Assembly: GCF_028641065.1 (NCBI RefSeq)
Contig: NC_073408.1
Span: forward strand, 9,052,001 to 9,116,000
Origin: Leucoraja erinacea
Taxonomy: Eukaryota
Direction: 5' to 3'
Length of the DNA stretch: 64,000 nucleotides
The notes beneath the pieces were generated by a model. It had not been told where the DNA came from, did not search any database, and saw only the letters and a list, made by a program, of their open reading frames with translations. Of this stretch, positions 13,302-26,400 are shown one piece after another (within the stretch, counting starts at the first letter, position 1; each line of letters starts with the position of its first letter). The translations under genes and the position numbers were made by a program.

Positions 13302-13395
13302 GATCACAGCCACGGGCTGACCTGCAAGCGGTTCTTGGACTGCGCTCCGCACAAGTTTCAAAGCTAAACCCTCTCCTTCCTTTCAAAGCGAGAAG

Positions 13396-13599
13396 ATGGA
13401 CATTGCCATCCAACACCCGTGGTTTCGCCGTTCCCTCTTCCAGAACTCCCTCTTCCCCTCTCGCATCTTTGACCAGCATTTTGGGGAACACTTTGACCTC
13501 GAACCCTTCATCAACTTCTCCTCTCTGGTGAACCCCTTCTATTGGAAGGCGGCAGGTCTGAGCAGGATCCCCAGCTGGTTGCAGTCTGGACTCTCAGAG
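13396..13599 (+). CDS. CRYAB: CRYAB exon 1
   Basis: ATG GAC ATT GCC ATC; donor TCA GAG|GTACGT. Confidence 0.96.
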
Positions 13600-16500
13600 G
13601 TACGTTCTACGCGTTCTTATATCGCCGTGTCATTTCGTGTTACTTAACAACATGCTTAGAGAGCGTGTGATGAAATTAGTTGTGCGTTTGCCTCAAAACA
13701 AGTATTATTTTGTTCAATTCTCCTGTGCGTAATCTTCACAGCTCTAGATTCAATCCTAGCCTCGGGTGCTGTCGGTGTGGAGTTTGCATATTCTCCCCGT
13801 GACTGCGCGGGTTTACTCCGGGTGCTCCGGTTTCCCCGCATCCCAAAGACTTGCGGGTTGGGAGGTTAATTGGCCGCAGTTAATTTGCCCCTAATGGGCA
13901 AGTGAATTGAATTGAATTGAACTGCATAAATGTTATTAGCCAAGTATGTATACTTCCAAGGAATTTGCCTTTGGTGCTTTGCGCGCAAGGATAACAACAC
14001 GATATACTGTGGACAATTAAAAAATAAAACATTATAATTGAAACGCGTGTCCTGTACCTTAATTGGTACACGTGACAATAAACTGACTTTGAGACCTTGA
14101 GTAAAATAAAATACCAGAGCAAAAGGAGGCTACAGACTTTTGGCTGTTGAGTAGAGCTACTACTAGTGGAAAAATGCGTTTTTTATGTCTGGCTGTGGCG
14201 GCTTTGACAGTCAGGAGTCGCCTTCCATAGGGAAATGATTCAAAGAGTTTGTGGCCAGGGTGAGAGGGGTCAGAGATGATCTTACCCGCTCGCTTCCTGG
14301 CCCTTGCAGTGTACAGTTTGTCGATGGGGGGGAAGGTTGTAGCTAACAACCTTCTCGGCAGATCGAACTATGCGCTGCAGACTCCGGATGTCGTGCTTGG
14401 TGGCTGAGCCAAACCAGACCATGATGGAGAAGGTGAGGACAGACTCTATGATGGCAGTATAAAACTGGACCATCATTGCCTGTGGCTGATTGTGTTTTCT
14501 CAGCTGCCCCAGGAAGTACATCATCTGTTGGGCCTTTTTGATTGTGGAGTCGATGGTGGCCTCCCATTTTAGATCGCTGGGATGATGGTTCCAAGGAACT
14601 TAAATGACTCCACAGATGTGACTGTGGTGTTGTTGATGGTGACTGGGGAGGGGGGCCATTGTGGACACCTTGACCATTCGAGGCAGCTCTACCTTTCTCT
14701 ACCTTTTCGAACAAATCACAGCCAGCACAGATGGCCAAAGAGCCCACAATGGTCCATTGTTGGCTTTGGAAGAGGTGTTAATGATAGGATATGAACAGTG
14801 TAACCACCAGGATGACTAGGGTGGGAGTGGGATGGAGAGAGAGGGAATGCAACGGTTACTTGAAATCTGATCTGAAATGCAGGTAGGTGGGACTAGTGTA
14901 GTTGGGACATGTTGGCTGGCGTGGGCAAGTTGGGCCGAAGGCCCTGTTTCCATGCTTTAAGACTCTGTATAAATGTTTTATGTCTTAAATCTTAAGACAT
15001 CTTAAGACAATCTCTGAGAACAATTCTTCACCCCATCATGAGTTAGCGGTTCCCACAATGTCTGCCATTGTGCAGTGCAACTCGTCTGTTCAGACAGCCA
15101 CGTCCCTCATTCCATGGAGTGTTGTTTCCAAAGAAAATGCTCCAGCAGTCTCCAGTGTAGGCTGGCAAGGACTGGAGCTGATTGAAGCACGGTGGTGTGA
15201 TGAGAGAGCCCATGTCAAACACCAATGAATGGATACACTTGCACAGAAGGACCATCTTTGAAACTCACTGTGCTGTTGTCGAACTCACTGTCTCAGGGTG
15301 CACAGTGGAAACTTGCCCACTGATGCATTCAAGAGAGAGTTACATTTAGCTCTTCGGGCTAACTGAATCAAGGGATATGGAGAAAAAGCAGGAACGGGGT
15401 ACTGATTTTGGATGATCAGCCATAATCATATTGAATGGCAGTGCTGGCTCGTAGGGCCGAATGGGCACCAATCCTCTGCCACTGGGGGAAGTGCATCTCA
15501 AGGTGTATTGTATACGTCGCATCATATGCAAGACTCTACAGAGGAGAGAGGAGGTGTTCTCCTTCCTGCAACAAGATATCTTCCTTGCAGCCCCAACTCC
15601 AGACCTGCCCTTTCCTATTGCACACAGCTCTGCAAGGATAGACCACTTCACAAACTCTAGAGAGCAAGGTTCAACAGTTTAAAACTCAGCTTTATTTGTT
15701 GGGGGAGGAAAGCAAAATGTTTTTGCATTGGGACAAAAAGTGCATTAAAATAATACATGAGCCTGGTTGATCCATCTTTAAAAATCAACGCATGTTTTTG
15801 AGTGGCTAGCAGGTTCATGCCACCGCAAATTGTGTTGGTAACACAGAATATTCGGAAAAGTTTGTTAAAGTTGTTTTACTGGGAACGGGTTGTGTCCACT
15901 TAACTGGGGGATTATAGTTTCCAGCCAGCTGTGGAGGCCAAGTGGAGGCGGAGATTGATAGATTCTTGATTAGTAAGGGTGTCGGGGTTCATGGGGAGAA
16001 TGCAAGAAACGGGGTTGAGAGGGAAAGATAGATCTGCCATGATTGAATGGCTGCCTGGACTTGATGGGCCGAATGGCCTAATTCTGTTCCTAGAACTTAC
16101 AAACTGCTCTCCCAGCCACAGGACACCAAAGACACTCAGCAAATAATTAATGGACTTGTGCACTGAACTGTCCCAATTACAATACCCTGCCATCCGAGCT
16201 GAGTTGGGGGGTTTTCAGGGTCATGTTTCTGTACTGGGTAATATGGAAGAAAATTTGGGAACTTGGCATCCACTCTTTGCTCAGGATACATGCTTTATCT
16301 CTTGCAGGTGAGACTGGACAAGGACAAGTTTGCAATTCACCTTGATGTCAAACATTTCACTCCTGAGGAAATTCGAGTCAAAATCCTGGGGGACTTTATT
16401 GAAATCCAAGCACAACATGAAGAGCGTCAGGTAAGCCTCACTCTCCGGTTCCGCTTTAGATCATCCTCTTTGGTGGGTGCTTTCACCTGCCTGGTAAACT

Positions 16501-19500
16501 TTAAAGAATAAGAAAAGTGGGTTGAGTTGAATTTGCAGGACATACCCTGGGTGGGGAGGAGAGTATTCCTGCATAGGCTGCTAATTTGAGTGAGGGCTTG
16601 GACTAGTATGGGTGAGTAAACAACGTTGTCCCCATTGGGATTTTAAAGTCCCATACAACAGCAGATTAGGTCTAGATGGTTTTGAAAAGGTTTTCCAGTT
16701 CCTTCCAATACATTTTAATTGGTGTAGACTTTGTTTACGCTGGTGACCAGCTGATGCGATGCAGTCTGGATCTACTATTGGACCATTGGAAGCAAGCCAA
16801 TGCTATGGCAGCACTTTAGAGTGTTTGCAGCCATGAAGCATTCTAAATATGTTCAGTCCGGATGGGGAATACAGGTGGTGATTGGACCGGTCTTAAGTCG
16901 GCTGTTGTTTACATTTAGTTTAGTTTTAGTCGAGAAATACAGCGTGGAAACAGGCCTTTCGGCCCACTGAGTCCGTGTCGATCAGCGATAACCCCTCACC
17001 CCGTACATTAGTACTATCCTACACACTGAGGACGATTTACAGAAGCCAATTAACCTACAAACATGTGTAGGAAGGAACTGCAGATCTTGGTTTACACCGA
17101 AGATAGACACAAAATGATGGAGTAACTCAGCGGGACAGGCAGCATCTCTGGAGAGAAGAAATAGGTGGTGTTTCGAGGCGAGACCCTTCGTCAGATGTTT
17201 AACCTGCAAACCTGCACATCTTTGGGATGTGGAAGGAAACCGGAGCACACAGAAAAAAAAAGCCATGTGGTCGCGGGGAGAACGTACAAACTGTATAGAC
17301 AACAGCCATAGCCAGGATCTCTGGCGCTATGAGGCAGCAACTCCACCGCTGCCACTGTGCCGCCTCCAAGTCAGTTATGTTAATACCACCAATTCTACAA
17401 ACAGATACATTTTATTTTCAACAACATGTCCAGGTTGTAGAAATTATTCAAATATAACCTCACTAGTTATTAACTGGACAATGGGCAATCAGACAGGAGA
17501 CGATGAACCTTCGGACAGCGAAGATAGACACAAAATGTTGGAGTAACTCAGCGGGACAGGCAGCATCTCTGGAGAGAAGGAATTGGCAATGTTTCTGGCC
17601 AAGACCCGTCCTCAGACTGAGAGTCAGGGGAGAGGGAAATATCAAGATATGGAAGGATAAGGTGTGTAAACGAGAGATCAAAGGGGACGAAACTCAAGGA
17701 AAATGTAACGGGTGACTGTTTGCTAGGGGAAGGTGACAAAAAGGCGTACAAAGTAAAAGTTTAATCAGTCAGAGTCAAACTAGTTGGAGATCTAGAATGG
17801 GTGAGGAATGCAGAGAGAGGGAAAGCAAGGGTTACTTGAAGTTAGAGAAGTCAATATTTATACCGCTGGGTTGTAAGCTGCCCAAGCAAAATACTTCTGA
17901 CAGCGGCAACAACTTCTCCTGTGTGGATTTACTCAGTAGTTCAAGGGTTCACTGGGGCTCCTGCCAAAGCTGGTGTTCACGTATCTGAGCTTGGATTGAC
18001 GTCAGTCAGTGTCAGCGGGTGTGGAGTGCAGTGTGCATCAGACACCTTATCTCAGCAGGAGGTATTTATAAAGTCAGTTCCAACAACTATTTTTGGCTCT
18101 GCAACTTACTGAGGTTAGATGACAACTACACTTCATTCGTGATTCATTGGTTCTAGAGTTACTCCAACATTTTGTTGTTTCCAGAAAGTTTTGAAGATGT
18201 GACAGATGCAATATAGTTCCCAGGTTCCAGGAATCTTCTCACTTCCATCCCGAATGTGCTTCGGATTCATTGATGTCAGAAACATAGAAAATAGGTGCAG
18301 GAGTAGGCCATTCGGCCCTTCGAGCCTGCACCGGCATTCAATATGATCATGGCTGATCATCCAACTCAGTATCCTGTACCTGCCTTCTCTCCATACCCCC
18401 TGATCCCTTTAGCCACAAGGGCCACATCTAACTCCCTCTTAAATATAGCCAATGAACTGGCCTCAACTACCTTCTGTGGCAGAGAATTTCACAGATTCAC
18501 CAATGTTTTTCTCATCTCGGTCCTAAAAGATTTCCCCCTTATCCTTAAACTGTGACCTCTTGTTCTGGACTTCCCCAACATTGGGAACAATCTTCCTACA
18601 TCTAGCCTGTCCAACCCCTTAAGAATTTTGTAAGTTTCTATAAGATCCCCCCTCAATCTTCTAAATTCTAGCGAGTACAAGCCGAGTCTATCCAGTTTTT
18701 CTTCGTATGAAAGTCAAATGTTAATTGACAGTGAAAGCATTCAGTCAGAGGGTGGTGAATCTGTGGAATTATTTGCCACAAAAGGCTGTGGAGGCCAAGT
18801 CGATGGATATTTTTAAGACAGAGATAGATCTGCTTCTTCTTCTTGTGTATGGCGTGCACAGCCTAAAGTTGTAGGACAACTTGTTCTATTTGATCTTATT
18901 TGATTGTGCACGCCAGGGTGATTGCATTCATCGAAACAGGGTGGACCACGTGAAGGTTGCAATCTCCCACCTCACAGAGATAGATAGATTCTTGGTTAGT
19001 CCGGGTGTCAGGGGTTATGGGGAGAAGGCGGGAGAATAGGACTGGGAGGGAGAGACAGATCAGCCATGATTGAATGGCGGAGTAGACTTGATGGGCCGAA
19101 CACTCATATCACTTATGAACTTATGACCACCCGTGTGTGACATAAGTTCCTGCTCACTGGCCAATGTTTTCAGTTGCCCTGTACTACTGAGGCTGTCCAC
19201 TAAAGGCAGAGTGAGTACCAACTGTGATGCCTGCATTCATCAGCTGGCTCCTGTTGATCACTACACTGCTCCCTTGGGTGAAGTGAAACCATGGAACATA
19301 AAACCTAGAAGAGTGCAACAGGCCCTTCCGTTTACAATGTCTGTTGCAAACGGTCCTAATGCCAAGACCAGCCCTCGGCCACCTGCACATAATCCATATC
19401 CCGGCATATCCATGTACCTATCCAAAAGTCTCTAAAATGCCACTGTCGTATCTGCCTCAAACAACCAACCCCAGCAGCGCGTTCCACGCACTCGCCATCC

Positions 19501-20657
19501 TCTCTGTAAAAAAAAAAATCATGCCCTGTGCATTTCCTTTAAACTTTACCCCTCTCACCTTAAAGCGGTGCCCTCTACTATTGTATATATGCATCCCGGT
19601 GAACAGGTACACACTGTCTACCCTATCTATTCCTCTCTTCATTTTTTAATACTTCTGTCGTGTCTCTCCGCAGCCTCTGGTGTTCCAGAGAGATGTCCGC
19701 AAACAACAAGTGGTTCAGGCATCTGTGTTGTTATCTAACTCTGTGACTACAGTCTCGTAATTAATTCTGCAGAGGGTGCATGAGTGTGCTGGTTCAGTGG
19801 ATGAGTGTTGTGTCGCTGAAAGCGAACGCAGGAAAATGCGTTTGACGGCTTTGGACCTGTTCTCACTGGAGTATGGAGAGGATGAGAGTGGACTTTCATT
19901 GAAACTTACCGAATAGTGAAAGTCCTGGATCGAGTGGATGTGGAGAGGATGTTTCCACTAGTTGGAGAGTCTTGGACCAGAGGCCATAGTCGCAAAATTA
20001 AAGGATGTTCCTTTTGGAAGGAGATGAGGAGGAATTTATTTAGTCAAATGGTGGTGAATCTATCAATCTTAAAAATATTTTGGCTTGGCCTCCACAACCT
20101 TCTGAGGCAATTAATTCCACTGATTCGCCACCCTTTGACTAACAAGATTCCTCCTCATCTCCTTTTTAAAGGTATGTCATTTTATTCTGAGGCTGTGGCC
20201 TCTGGTCCTAGTGGAAACATCCTCTCTACATTCCCGCTATCCAGGCATTTCGCTACGTTTCAATGAGGCCCCCCCAATCATCCTTCTAAACTCCAGGGAG
20301 TACAGGCAGTTCAGAACTGTCACCAGTCACGAATAGAACATCCCCAATGGCCGCTGACTGGTCTGAGCTTTTCCTTGTGGTGTCTTCTCTACGTTGTGAA
20401 ACAAAGACCGCGGGAATGTTCAGCAGCTTCTGTTCAACCCTTCTGTTCTGCAGGATGAACACGGATATATTTCCCGGGAGTTTCACCGCAAGTACAAGAT
20501 CCCGGCGGGAGTGGACCCGACCCTGATCACCTCCTCGCTGTCGGCGGACGGAGTGCTGACCGTCACCGGCCCCCGGAAAGTGGCCGACGTCCCCGAGAGA
20601 ACCGTGCCCATCTTCCGAGAGGAGAAGCCTGCGGTCGCTGGACCTCAGCAGATGTGA
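13396..20657 (+). CDS. CRYAB: Alpha-crystallin B chain (HSPB5); join(13396..13599,16308..16430,20454..20657), 176 aa
   Basis: [12 protein letters not shown]...[11 protein letters not shown]...[10 protein letters not shown] | [41 protein letters not shown] | [22 protein letters not shown]...[20 protein letters not shown]. Phase-0 GT-AG introns. Confidence 0.98.
14100..14700 (-). mobile_element. Rex1/Babar-like LINE fragment (frameshifted) in CRYAB intron 1
   Basis: [38 protein letters not shown]; [21 protein letters not shown]. Confidence 0.8.
16308..16430 (+). CDS. CRYAB: CRYAB exon 2 (123 nt)
   Basis: ttgcAG|GTG AGA CTG ... CGT CAG|GTAAGC. Confidence 0.96.
18280..18715 (-). mobile_element. 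CR1-like LINE 3' fragment
   Basis: [26 protein letters not shown]...[10 protein letters not shown]; near-identical copy at 36540-37210. Confidence 0.85.
20454..20657 (+). CDS. CRYAB: CRYAB exon 3
   Basis: ctgcAG|GAT GAA CAC GGA ... CAG ATG TGA; not in the ORF track because it has no start codon. Confidence 0.96.
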   Translation, partial: DEHGYISREFHRKYKIPAGVDPTLITSSLSADGVLTVTGPRKVADVPERTVPIFREEKPAVAGPQQM

Positions 20658-20826
20658 ATCCCCGGACCTTTCTGTTGAGTTCAGTGTGAAACAACCTCAA
20701 GCCATTAAAGTATCGCCTTTCGCTTTTTGTGTAACATTTTTTGTATCGCCATGTAATCAAACATTCCTTAATATGTCAGCTTGCAACAAACATTTATCTT
20801 TGCTGCCTTCATTAATATCACCTTAA

Positions 20827-20832
20827 AATAAA
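20827..20832 (+). terminator. Probable polyadenylation signal of CRYAB
   Basis: AATAAA about 170 nt after the stop codon. Confidence 0.6.
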
Positions 20833-21274
20833 ATCAACAATTGATGAAGCAACAACGCGCAAATCCTGTTTATTTCCTTGCTGTATGCCCGTGACAGACG
20901 AGGCATTTCAGGATAATAGCCAATTATTTGTTGCATTTATTCACCTTATCAGCCTGTGCACAGATGCCAACAGGTCTTGGATAACTTGGATAACTTGGAT
21001 AGTTATATGGATGGGAAGGGAATGGAGGGTTATGGTCTTAGCGCAGGTATATGGGACTAGGGGAGATTATGTGTTCGGCACGGACTAGAAGGGTCGAGAT
21101 GGCCTGTTTCCGTGCTGTAATTGTTATATAGGTCAACAAACAAATAACAACCTCCAGTTGTTTAAGGAGGAACTGCAGATGCTGGAAAATCGAAGGTACA
21201 CAAAAATACTGGAGAAACTCAGCGGCTCAGAGGTCATGGATAAAACATAAAGAGGAAGTGAACTGAGTTTTTTA

Positions 21275-21425
21275 GGTAGACAAAAGTGCTGGAGAAACTC
21301 AGCGGGTGCGGCAGCATCTATGGAGCGAAGGAGATAGGCAACGTTTCGGCCCGAAACGTTGCCTATCTCCTTCGCTCCATAGATGCTGCTGCACCCGCTG
21401 AGTTTCTCCAACGTTTTTGTGTACC
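21275..21425. repeat. Near-perfect 150-bp palindrome of the Penelope-terminal element
   Basis: Arms gctggagaaactcagcgggtgc...ggcaacgtttcgg|ccgaaacgttgcc...gcacccgctgagtttctcca. Confidence 0.85.
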
Positions 21426-23043
21426 ATCAACCTCGTTTCCTCGCTGCCCCTCACACACCGCCACGCCCCATTAAAGAAGGGTCTCGACCCGAAACGTCAC
21501 CCATTCCTTCTCTCCAGAGATGCTGCCAGTCCCGCTGAGTTACTCCAGCACTTTGTGTCTACCTTCGGTGCAAACCAGCATCTGCAGTTCCTTCCTACAC
21601 AGTACATGACACCATCGGTCTTTGAACGGAAATAAGGTCGCCCGACACAAGCACAGTATTCCTGTTGCATTGTGTAAGGTTTGCAACGGGTTGTGGTAAT
21701 GTTTTAGACAATAGACAGTGACAATAGGTGCAGGAGTAGGCCATTTGGCCCTTCGAGCCAGCACCGCCATTCAATGTGATCATGGCTGATCATCCGCAAT
21801 CAGTACCCCGTATCAGTACCTACCTTCTCCCCATATCCCCTGACTCCGCTATTTTTAAGAGCCCTATCTTGCTCTCTCTTGAAAGTATCCAGAGAACCTG
21901 TCTCCACCGCCCTCTGAGGCAGAGAATTCCACAGACTCGCCACTCTGTGAGAAAGTGTTTCCTCATCTCCGTTCTAAATGGCTTATCCCTTATTCTTAAA
22001 CTGTGGCCCCTGGTCCTGGTTTTAGTACATGTTCACTACACCACTTTCCCCTCTGGGACAAATACAGTTCTATCGTAACAGCAGAATTTACCTAAAAGTA
22101 CAGAGGCTAAAAGTGCAGCACCAACAAATAATCATCAAATAATCTCTCACGTTTCATGCAAGTTTATATCGTAATGCATCGCTTGTGACGAGCCAACGGC
22201 CATCCACACTTCAGTAGAAGTTGCGATCACTGTCGTACATAGCATTGTAGGAATGATAAAGCACACACACCAATATCCTATACTTCCAGCGGCGGAAGTC
22301 CGCGGTAACTGGAGGACAGAGATGTGTGGTGCGTCCGTCACATTTCCCGTTGGAAACCAGCAACACTGCATCACTAATGTTTTCAACGACCATGAATGAA
22401 TGAATGAATGAATGACGAAAGACATGTTTCTGAAGTAACTCAAGCGCACGCTTGATTTCATGGATTTTATGGAAGCATGGATTCCATCAAATACACACTT
22501 GGTTTGGAGGGTCTTTAACTCACCGACTTGCCTCCAGAGTTCAGCAAGCACATACGAGAGACAGAGCAGAAGACCGATTCTGCACATAGAGACCTGCAAT
22601 GGAACTCCCCGGGTGCCCGAGGAATGAGAAACTTACAGCGAGGATCGCTGGCCTGTGCAGATCCAGCAGCGCCGCTCCATCAGTGCAGGCAGGACCTGCA
22701 GATGCTGGTTTACACCGACGATAGTTAGACACAAAAAGCTGGAGTAACAGCGGGTCAGACAATATCTCTGGAGAAAAAGAATATGTGACTTTTCGGGTCG
22801 AGACCCTTCCTCTGCGCCACCTTTCTCTGCATTTCCGTTACTAGACATCTAAAGTTAATTTCTTGAAGTCGGTCACGGACTGAGTTAAATAAAAATCACA
22901 TTCTCAGCACACGGGGTTACATACACCACGCCCTGTTTATTTGAGTCATTCCAGACTATTAATTACAATGAAAGTCTCTCTGTTTTCTCCCGTCCCTAAC
23001 TGCGCCGCTCCACTGATTCCTCTCCCAGGCCGAGTGCCATTCT

Positions 23044-23462
23044 TCATGGAGCTCCGGGCCCACAGCACGCAGACAGGCCTGACCCGGGAGGTACCGCGGC
23101 CGGTGTGCAAGACTGGCAAAACTGCGCCGTGCACAGCCCCAAAGGATACCTCGTGGGGACGAAAGACCCACAAAACGGGAGATCCGATTGCCTGCCCTCC
23201 GTTCCGTCGGTGGACGAGCAGGGTTCCAGAGGAATGTAAGAGAAACATAACTGCTGCTTCCCCGTTTCTGGTGTGACCGGGAGCCCGCAATATTCCTGCT
23301 GCTGGCTTTCCCCTCTGTCCGGCTCAAACTGTGCGAGAGGATTAGAATGAAACACGGGGTCCATGTAATCCAGCATGTAGGTGGTCTTTGGGTATATCTT
23401 GGTGATCGGAGGGTCTAACTCTGGCTGGTGCCCAGGATAAGCGTGGTACTCGCGTTTAAAGT
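23044..23462 (-). CDS. CFAP68: CFAP68 last coding exon
   Basis: ctctacAG|AC TTT AAA CGC GAG; TGA at 23046-23044. Confidence 0.85.
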
Positions 23463-26400
23463 CTGTAGAGGCAATCATTTTGTAACAATAAAGTAAGTAA
23501 GTAAGAAAGTAAGTAAATTGTATTTATAGCACGTCAACTCGCGTTGAAACCAAAGTGCTTTACATAGAAGAAATAATTAAGTTTCCGTTCATCGATAGAA
23601 TTTTTTTTAAAGTTTGACAGAATTGAAAATCAAAGCTTATACTTTTTGCTTCCTAAATTTTGTGTCATGGTTAAAAAAGTAGTGGTGATGCCCACGTGTA
23701 GATAAACCAACTCGGCGGTATTGAGCAACCGAAGGCATTTGGCACGTTGGCATTGGCATGCTGAAGGCATTTGGCACGTTGGCCTTCACCACTGTCAGAG
23801 AGCCGAAGGAGGGCTACTGAGGGGGCAGGGTGGGCTGTTCTACACGAGCCGGGGGTGGAAGCTGATGGAACTACCGACTCTCTGACCTGTTATAACAACC
23901 CAACTGTGCAATTCTGGAGCTAGTAGTAACTCAGCGGGTCAGGCAGCATCTCTGGAAAAAAAGGGATGGGTCATGTTTCGTGTCGAGACCCTTCTTCAGA
24001 CCGAGGAAGTATCCGATGCCACTTTAAATTGCAAGTTATCCAAGTTAGCTTTGTATAGAAAGGCGAGCACCTACAAAAATAAAAGATCGACACGAAATTG
24101 TGGAGTAACTCAGCGGGACAGGCAGCATCTCTGGAGAGAAGGGAGATGTCCCACTGAGTTACTCTGGCATTTTGTGTCTATCCTCCATTTAGAGCAGCAT
24201 CTGCAATTTTGTTCATATGCCTACAAAATACAGTTGATTTGTCAGCAATGTAAAGGATTAAACAAGCACTGGGGTTCCCGAATGCAACGGACCATATTCC
24301 ACAAAAGCCAAACTCCCTCGTTGGTTTCGATGAGGTGACACATTTGGGACATTACACATGCTGACATCTCCCTCGAGTTTCAAGTGCCCCATGCCAGCTG
24401 TACCATCACTTACCTCGCCGCGGTGTCTCTGGCTTGACGTAGGAATCCTGATATATTGTTCGATACGCATGTTCATACTAGAAGAGAACAATTGGAAATA
24501 AAACTGTTTGCAAGATTTGCTGATGATTGATTGTGATAATACTGTCATGTTAGGGGGAAATAAGTAGAATTATCCCAGGAGGATAATTGCAACTCAATGA
24601 CAAACGGAAATGACAAACACGGATCATGAATTTAGTTTAGTTCAGTTTAGAGATAGAGCAAAAAACAGGCCCTTCGGCCCACCGGATCCGCACCGACCAG
24701 CGATCCCCGCACATTAACTATCCTACAAACACTAGGGCCAATTTACATTTATACCGGGCCAATTAACCTACAGATTGTACGTCTTTGGAGTGTGGAAGGA
24801 AACCGGAGCACCCGGAGAAAACCCTCGCGGTCAAGGGAAGAACATGCAAACTCCATACAGACAGCACCCGTCGAACCCGGGACTCTGGCGCTATTAGGCA
24901 GCATCTCTACCGTGCAGTCCTTGAGGTTGTAAAATAATTAAGGTTCAATGGAAAGATATAGTTGTTTCACAGTTGGAAATGTTTTTCAATAAATGCACTT
25001 GAATGTTTTGCCCCGTGGCTCAGTATACTCCACCCGTTACAGGGGCATTACAAACAATTGCACGCTGATATTGCCCAGGTGAATGCGGCAGTGTCAGACA
25101 TCAGGCGAGACACCGGCTGAAGCCCCAAAGCAATACAATAGATTGTCATAGAGATCCATCGTGGAAACAGGCCCTTCGGGTCAAAAACCCACACCGGCCA
25201 ACATGTCCCAGCTACACTAGAGTCCCACCTGCCCGCGTTTGGCACATATTCCTCCAAACCTGTCCCATCCATGTACCTGTCTAACTGTTTCTTAAACGTT
25301 GAGATAGGCCTGCCTCACCTACCACATTTGGCAGCTTGTTCCATACACCCACCACCCTTTGTGTGAAAACGTTACCCCTCAGGTTCCTATTAAATATACC
25401 CCCCTTCACCTTAAACCTATGTCCTCTGGTCCTTGATTCCCCTACTCTGGGCAAGAGACTCTGTGCATCTACCTGATCTATTCCTCTCAAGATTTTATAC
25501 ACCTGTAAGATCAGCCCTCATCCTCCTGCACTCCAAAGAGAAAGGGTTCCCCTGAGTTCGGGCTGATATTTATCACTCAGTCGGCATCACTGAAACCATA
25601 TGGTCGGTTTGCCCTTTGGAGAAGTGGCTGTGTCTCCAGCTTTATTCAGAGGGTGGTGAACCTGTGCAATTATTTGTCACAGAAGGCTACGGAGTCAGTG
25701 GATACATTTAAGGTAGAGATAGATAGATTCTTGATTAGTACGAATATCCGAGGTTATGGGGAGAAGGCAGGAGAATGTGGTTAGGAGAGAGATATAGATC
25801 AGCCAGGATTGAATGGCGGAGTAGACTTGATGGGCCGAAGGGCCGAATTCCGCTCCTATCTCTTATGATCTTATAATCTACATGGAGTGAAAGGTGTGAT
25901 ATAAATGTGTAGGCAGGAACTGTAGATGCTGGTTTACACCGAAGAGAGACACAACATGCTGGAATAACTCAGCGGGACAGGAAGTATCTCTGGAGTGAAG
26001 GAATGGTTGACGTTTCTAGTCGAGACCCTGCTTCAGACTGGAGGGTCTTTTTTCCCAGGATAAAGGATTCTATCACTAGAGGACATGGGCGCAATATGAG
26101 GGTGAAAAGATCTCAGGAGCCACTTTTTCACTCAGAGGGTAGTCCGTATCTGGAATGAGCTGCCAGAGGAAACTATAGGAGCGGACCCAATTATGAATGT
26201 TTTAATATATTTGTAGAGATATGCGCATATGCAAAAATAATTTAACTCTGCAGTTGCATATGTGACGGGAATAGCATCATCGGATAGAAAGGATTTGGAG
26301 GAAAATGGTCCAAAAGCAGGAAAATGGGACTAGTCCTGTATGGATAAGGTGGGCCGAAGGGTCAGTTTCCCTGTTGTTCAACTCTGTGGCTTTAGCTAGG

